Shown one piece after another: positions 60,250 through 64,000 of a DNA stretch of 64,000 bases. The stretch is taken from NCBI GenBank assembly GCA_046075565.1, contig JBJTQJ010000082.1, positions 40,369 to 104,368 on the forward strand. Direction: 5' to 3'. The stretch is from Verrucomicrobiales bacterium. Lineage in GTDB: Bacteria; Verrucomicrobiota; Verrucomicrobiia; Verrucomicrobiales; SLCJ01. Below the pieces are notes generated by a model. That model was not told the DNA's origin. It did not search any database and saw only the letters and a list, made by a program, of their open reading frames with translations. Made by a program: the position numbers and the translations under genes. Each line of letters starts with the position of its first letter. Within the stretch, counting starts at the first letter, position 1.

Positions 60250-60313
60250 GGCCGGAATTTGGCCCATGTCGCCTCGGCCGCAACCGCTTCGCTGCCGTGT
60301 GGTTTGATCTGGC

Positions 60314-61300
60314 ATGAAGATCGTTTTCGCTTTCCGAGCCTGCCTATTCTTGCACCTGCTGGCGGCATTTACAGCACTCCATGCTGCCGACGGCTACGAT
60401 CCTTTGTCGAAGCCGGCCAAGGCCGAGGCGCGGCACCACGATTTCGAAGTCACGGATGCCTCGCGAGACCGCAAGCTGCCCGTGCGGGTCTGGTTGCCTG
60501 CTTCGGAAAAGGCCGAACCCGTCCTGATCTTCAGTCACGGCCTCGGCGGCAACCGTGAAGGAGCTGCCTATCTCGCCAGCCACTGGACCGCCCGCGGTTA
60601 CGTGGTCGTTTGTTTGCAGCACCCGGGCAGCGACGACGCGGTCTGGAAATCCGCCAAGGCCGGTGAGCGCCTTCCCGCCATGAGACAGGCAGCCAGCGGA
60701 GAAAATCTGCTTCTCCGGGCGGGGGACGTTCCCGCCGCCCTCGATCAGCTCGAACGCTGGAACACCGAGAAAGGCCATGCCCTTTTTGGAAAAATGGATT
60801 TCTCCCGCGTGGGTATGAGTGGTCATTCCTTCGGAGCAATGACGACCCAGCTTTTGGCCGGTCAGACACTCGTTGGAAAAAGTTTCGCCGATTCGCGGGT
60901 AAAAGCGGCCGTGGTCATGAGTCCGAGTCCTTTCCAATTCGGTGACCCCAAACGAGCTTTAGCGGGTTTGAAAATGCCTTGTATGCTGATGACGGGCACC
61001 CTCGACGACTCACCGATTGGGAACACGAGTCCCGAGGAACGCAGGTTGGTTTATCCAGCTCTTCCTCCGGGCGACAAATACGAACTGGTTCTCGACAAAG
61101 CCCGGCATGGAGCCTTTTCCGACCGCGCCCTACCCGGCGAAGGTCTGCGGCGGAATCCGAATCACCACAAGGTCATCCTCGCCCTTTCGACCGCCTTCTG
61201 GGATGCCTATCTGCGCGGAGATGCCGGGGCCAAGACCTGGCTCGCCGGGGAAGCCCCGCGGGCTCTGATGAACGCTGCCGACGTCTGGCAAAAGAAATGA
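60314..61300 (+). CDS. Secreted alpha/beta hydrolase
   Basis: FSHGLGG, HPGS, GHSFG nucleophile elbow, GTLD, H.AF. Confidence 0.88.
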   Translation: MKIVFAFRACLFLHLLAAFTALHAADGYDPLSKPAKAEARHHDFEVTDASRDRKLPVRVWLPASEKAEPVLIFSHGLGGNREGAAYLASHWTARGYVVVCLQHPGSDDAVWKSAKAGERLPAMRQAASGENLLLRAGDVPAALDQLERWNTEKGHALFGKMDFSRVGMSGHSFGAMTTQLLAGQTLVGKSFADSRVKAAVVMSPSPFQFGDPKRALAGLKMPCMLMTGTLDDSPIGNTSPEERRLVYPALPPGDKYELVLDKARHGAFSDRALPGEGLRRNPNHHKVILALSTAFWDAYLRGDAGAKTWLAGEAPRALMNAADVWQKK

Positions 61301-61345
61301 ACCCGGTGGCGTTGCCCGGGCTCGGGTTCTGTGCCTTGGTTTCCC

Positions 61346-62668
61346 ATGCCTCCACAGGATTGGGACACCGATGCTTTATGCCGCTTGGACAAACGGCACG
61401 TCTGGCATCCGTTCACCCCGATGGCGGAGTGGATAGCTGAGAATCACGAACCTGTTTTTCTTACCGGTGGTGAAGGAGCATGGTTAATCGACAGTCGCGG
61501 AAGGCGCTACATCGACGGCAACAGTTCGATTTGGACCAATGTGCATGGTCACGCCCACCCGAAACTCGCGGCGGCCATCGCCGCCCAAGCCTCCACCCTA
61601 CCCCATTCGAGTTTTCTGGGTTTCAGCAATCCCTGGGCCGCGCGTCTCGCGGTGCGTTTGGCCGGTTTTTTCCCGGGAACGAATCTGCAACGGGTCTTCT
61701 ACACCGACAACGGATCGACCGCCATCGAGGCGGCTCTGAAAATCTCCATTCAGTGCCGGCAACATCGGGGCGAGCACGAGCGGGTCTTATTTGGTGCCTT
61801 CGCCTCGGCCTATCACGGGGATACACTGGGCGCGTCATCCATCAGCGGTGTCTCCGCATTTACGGAACGCTTTAACAAGTGGGGCTGGCAGCCTCTGCGT
61901 TTCCCCAACCTGCAGGATCTGGAGGCCCTCGATGCATCTACCATCGCGAAGCTGAACGCGATTGTCATCGAGCCACTTATTCAAGGGGTCAACCGCATGC
62001 ACCTCTGGCCGAAAGGTATGTTACGGGAGTTGCGGAAGTGGTGTGACTCCCACGGGGTATTCCTTATTCTCGATGAAGTGATGACCGGCTTCGGTCGCAC
62101 CGGCAAAATGTTCGCCTGCCAGCATGAGGATGTTGTGCCCGACCTTCTTTGTCTCGCGAAAGGTTTGACGGGTGGAACATTGCCGCTCGCCGCCACACTG
62201 GTGAGCGATGATATCTTCGCAAGCTTCCTCGGTGACCCCACTAACCCGAAAACATTTTTTTATGGGCATAGCTACTGCGCAAATCCTCTGGGTTGTGCCG
62301 TTGCCCTCGCGAGTCTCGATTTGTTCGAGGAGGAACGCGTGTTCGACCAATTCCAAACCAAGGAGAATGCGCTGGCATCGGCACTGCTTTCGTTGCGCGA
62401 ACAATGTGGAACGCATGTCGCGGATGTCCGTCAGATCGGATTGATCGCCGGTATCGATCTCGTAGCCAAGAATGGTCAACCATTCCCTGCTGCAGATAGA
62501 GTCGGCGCCCGCGTCTGCACGGCAGCTCGCGAGTTCGGTCTATTGACACGGCCAATCCTCGATACCATTGTGCTGATGCCTCCACTTTGTATTTCTCCCG
62601 AAGACATCAAAATCATGGTTCACGCTCTCTCGCGGGCCATCGAAGTTGCGGTTTCTCCGGTATTGTGA
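61346..62668 (+). CDS. bioA: DAPA aminotransferase
   Basis: WHPFT, SSIWTNVHGH, YHGDT, DEVMTGFGRTG, AKGLTGG, GHSY. Confidence 0.94.
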   Translation: MPPQDWDTDALCRLDKRHVWHPFTPMAEWIAENHEPVFLTGGEGAWLIDSRGRRYIDGNSSIWTNVHGHAHPKLAAAIAAQASTLPHSSFLGFSNPWAARLAVRLAGFFPGTNLQRVFYTDNGSTAIEAALKISIQCRQHRGEHERVLFGAFASAYHGDTLGASSISGVSAFTERFNKWGWQPLRFPNLQDLEALDASTIAKLNAIVIEPLIQGVNRMHLWPKGMLRELRKWCDSHGVFLILDEVMTGFGRTGKMFACQHEDVVPDLLCLAKGLTGGTLPLAATLVSDDIFASFLGDPTNPKTFFYGHSYCANPLGCAVALASLDLFEEERVFDQFQTKENALASALLSLREQCGTHVADVRQIGLIAGIDLVAKNGQPFPAADRVGARVCTAAREFGLLTRPILDTIVLMPPLCISPEDIKIMVHALSRAIEVAVSPVL

Positions 62669-62889
62669 ATAACCGGCTGATAAGTTGCGTATGTTTGGGA
62701 ACAAAACCCAGGTTTTTCTTCCTTCTCCGCATCGTCGCCCGTCTTGTTGGGCAGGTCGCGAGATCTTTACACGCTTTTGTTCCGTGCGGAACACTTGATT
62801 TCACACTGTGGAACAGAGTTCCTGAAGTTATTCACACCGTCTATGACTACTAGTTTAAGATTTAGATCCTTTGATCAGAGAGAAACGAC

Positions 62890-63999
62890 TCAAAAATCCT
62901 CATTTCCAAAAGGCTTCAATATCGTATCCCAAGGAAGCTCCGCTGTTTCATCCTCGAGGATCTCCGCACCACGGTTCAGGCACTGGGCGAGACTGTAGCC
63001 TTTTTCAAGAATCGGCTCGATGTGATGAAATAATCCTGAGGTCCGGATGGTTCCATCAACTCGGCCAACCATCGCGACAATTGGTTTGGCGGCGATGAGC
63101 CCCTGTAGAGCGACACCGGCAGGACCTTTGCCGGAAAGGCTCTGGAGGTCGAGCGAACCTTCGCCTGTGACTACACAATCAGCCCAGACGATTCTACGTG
63201 CGAGCCCGGTCGTTCTTGATACCAGATCAAAGCCAGGAACCAATCGCGCCTTCAGCACATGTTGGAAGGCGAAGCCGAGTCCGCCGGCCGCACCGGCACT
63301 AGGCGCCTCGGTGTTTTCCCACCCGTGGAGTTTTTCCACGTACAGGTTTAGGAACGCTTCGAGCTTCTCCATGAGTTCGGGAGTCGCTCCTTTCTGCGGA
63401 CCGAAGATGCGGGTGGCACCCCTGGGACCGAGAAGAGGATTGGTCACGTCGCAAGCAACCGTCATGGTGGGCAGGCTGATCAGATTGTTGGTTTCGATGC
63501 TGGACAAGGCCATCAGACACCGTGGATTGGGCTGAAGCTCTCGTCCTTGCTCGTCCAAGAATTTCATTCCCAGTGCGGCCAACATTCCGGCTCCCCCATC
63601 ATTGGTGGCACTGCCACCGATCCCGATGACGAGTTCCTCTGCTCCGGAAATTTGGGCCGCATGTTTGATCAATTCACCAACTCCAAACGTCGAAGCATCG
63701 AATGGATAATGTTCCTTTGGGGATAGCCTCCACAGACCAGCGGCTTCCGCCATTTCGAGGACTGCGATTCTTTTATGTTCCTCTTCGAGCAGACCGTAGC
63801 TGGCGACCACCGTCCGGCCCAAGGCGTCTTTGCACGGAGCCAGGATTTTTTGCCCAGGCCGAGCGGAGAGAATGGCATCAACAAAACCTTCCCCGCCGTC
63901 GGCGATGGGACATTCGTCGACTTCCGCATCGGGAAACCTCCGGCGAATGCCACGGGAAATCGCATGACATGCCTGAGGGGCGGTCAAGGATCCTTTGAA
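62890..63999 (-). CDS. glxK: Glycerate kinase (5' end outside window)
   Basis: FKGSLT, PIADGGEG, GGSATNDGG, GAAGGLG, TGEG, GK.P. Confidence 0.93.
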   Translation of the reverse strand, partial: FKGSLTAPQACHAISRGIRRRFPDAEVDECPIADGGEGFVDAILSARPGQKILAPCKDALGRTVVASYGLLEEEHKRIAVLEMAEAAGLWRLSPKEHYPFDASTFGVGELIKHAAQISGAEELVIGIGGSATNDGGAGMLAALGMKFLDEQGRELQPNPRCLMALSSIETNNLISLPTMTVACDVTNPLLGPRGATRIFGPQKGATPELMEKLEAFLNLYVEKLHGWENTEAPSAGAAGGLGFAFQHVLKARLVPGFDLVSRTTGLARRIVWADCVVTGEGSLDLQSLSGKGPAGVALQGLIAAKPIVAMVGRVDGTIRTSGLFHHIEPILEKGYSLAQCLNRGAEILEDETAELPWDTILKPFGNEDF

Positions 64000-64000
64000 C

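Overview
This is a GC-rich (roughly 60% by eye) bacterial chromosomal segment. It is most likely from a Verrucomicrobiota of the Luteolibacter/Haloferula type, an inference from the LpxC-FabZ and RsmA-NUDIX fusions and general gene content. About 55 CDSs are mostly housekeeping: thrC, hisI, purQ, trpD, gcvT/H, can, tsaB/E, queG, acs, lpxC-fabZ, lpxA, rpe, thrS, coaX, birA, rsmA, bioA and glycerate kinase. There is also an alpha-2-macroglobulin and carbohydrate-active genes (PL3, GH88, rhaM, a beta-helix protein, and a GH78 rhamnosidase broken by an amber stop and a frameshift). I saw no rRNA, tRNA, CRISPR array or transposase. The unusual content is intergenic: several families of REP-like palindromes and tandem-unit inverted repeats, often nested inside one another. 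The best candidate for an undescribed system is a GxxExxY (PD-(D/E)xK-like) gene bracketed by AACCACGGAT-type inverted repeats (43700-44311), with two gene-less copies of the same repeat pair elsewhere. There is also a 216-bp MITE with an 11-bp target duplication inside a REP hairpin, and many genes appear to have leaderless or very short-leader promoters.
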